DNA from: Octopus sinensis
Lineage: Eukaryota
Direction of reading: 5' to 3'
NCBI RefSeq assembly: GCF_006345805.1
Contig: NC_043003.1
Span: forward strand, 60,946,001 to 61,010,000
Length of the DNA: 64,000 nucleotides
Both the position numbers and the translations under genes were made by a program. Shown piece after piece: positions 64,000-64,000 of this stretch; within the stretch, counting starts at the first letter, position 1, and every line of letters starts with the position of its first letter. The notes below the pieces were generated by a model that was not told the origin of the DNA, did not search any database, and saw only the letters and a list, made by a program, of their open reading frames with translations.

Positions 64000-64000
64000 G

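Larger units (their letters stand above)
62290..64000 (-). mobile_element. Penelope-like element, 3' part (runs off the window end)
   Basis: RT thumb plus GIY-YIG ORF, followed by a 3'UTR/pLTR with (ATC)/(TTC) repeats and a hammerhead motif. Confidence 0.9.

Overview
AT-rich, microsatellite- and transposon-dense eukaryotic DNA, almost certainly from an octopod cephalopod (tRNA-derived SINEs resembling the Octopus OK/OR families). One host gene runs on the minus strand. Eight exons (37918 to 6828) splice in phase, with GT-AG boundaries, into a PDZ + C2A protein of the RIM/Piccolo/Fife presynaptic active-zone family; its 5' and 3' ends were not found. The rest is intronic or flanking repeat: a nearly full-length but disrupted Tx1/L1-clade LINE (831-5671), an older Tx1 relic (about 57830-60230), an internally deleted RTE LINE (51610-54666), a Penelope-like element with an open RT-thumb/GIY-YIG frame (62290 to window end), Tc1/mariner/maT relics, a non-autonomous Helitron, several fold-back MITEs (one with a telomere-like core), two local tandem arrays (490 bp and 268 bp) and many SINEs. 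The two most interesting signals: (1) the Tx1 LINE shares its 3' tail with a SINE family, and both sit at the same site inside that SINE's own head; (2) minimal hammerhead-ribozyme motifs occur in the Penelope terminus and in a tRNA-headed non-autonomous element. All coordinates and alignments were made by eye; no database searches were run.
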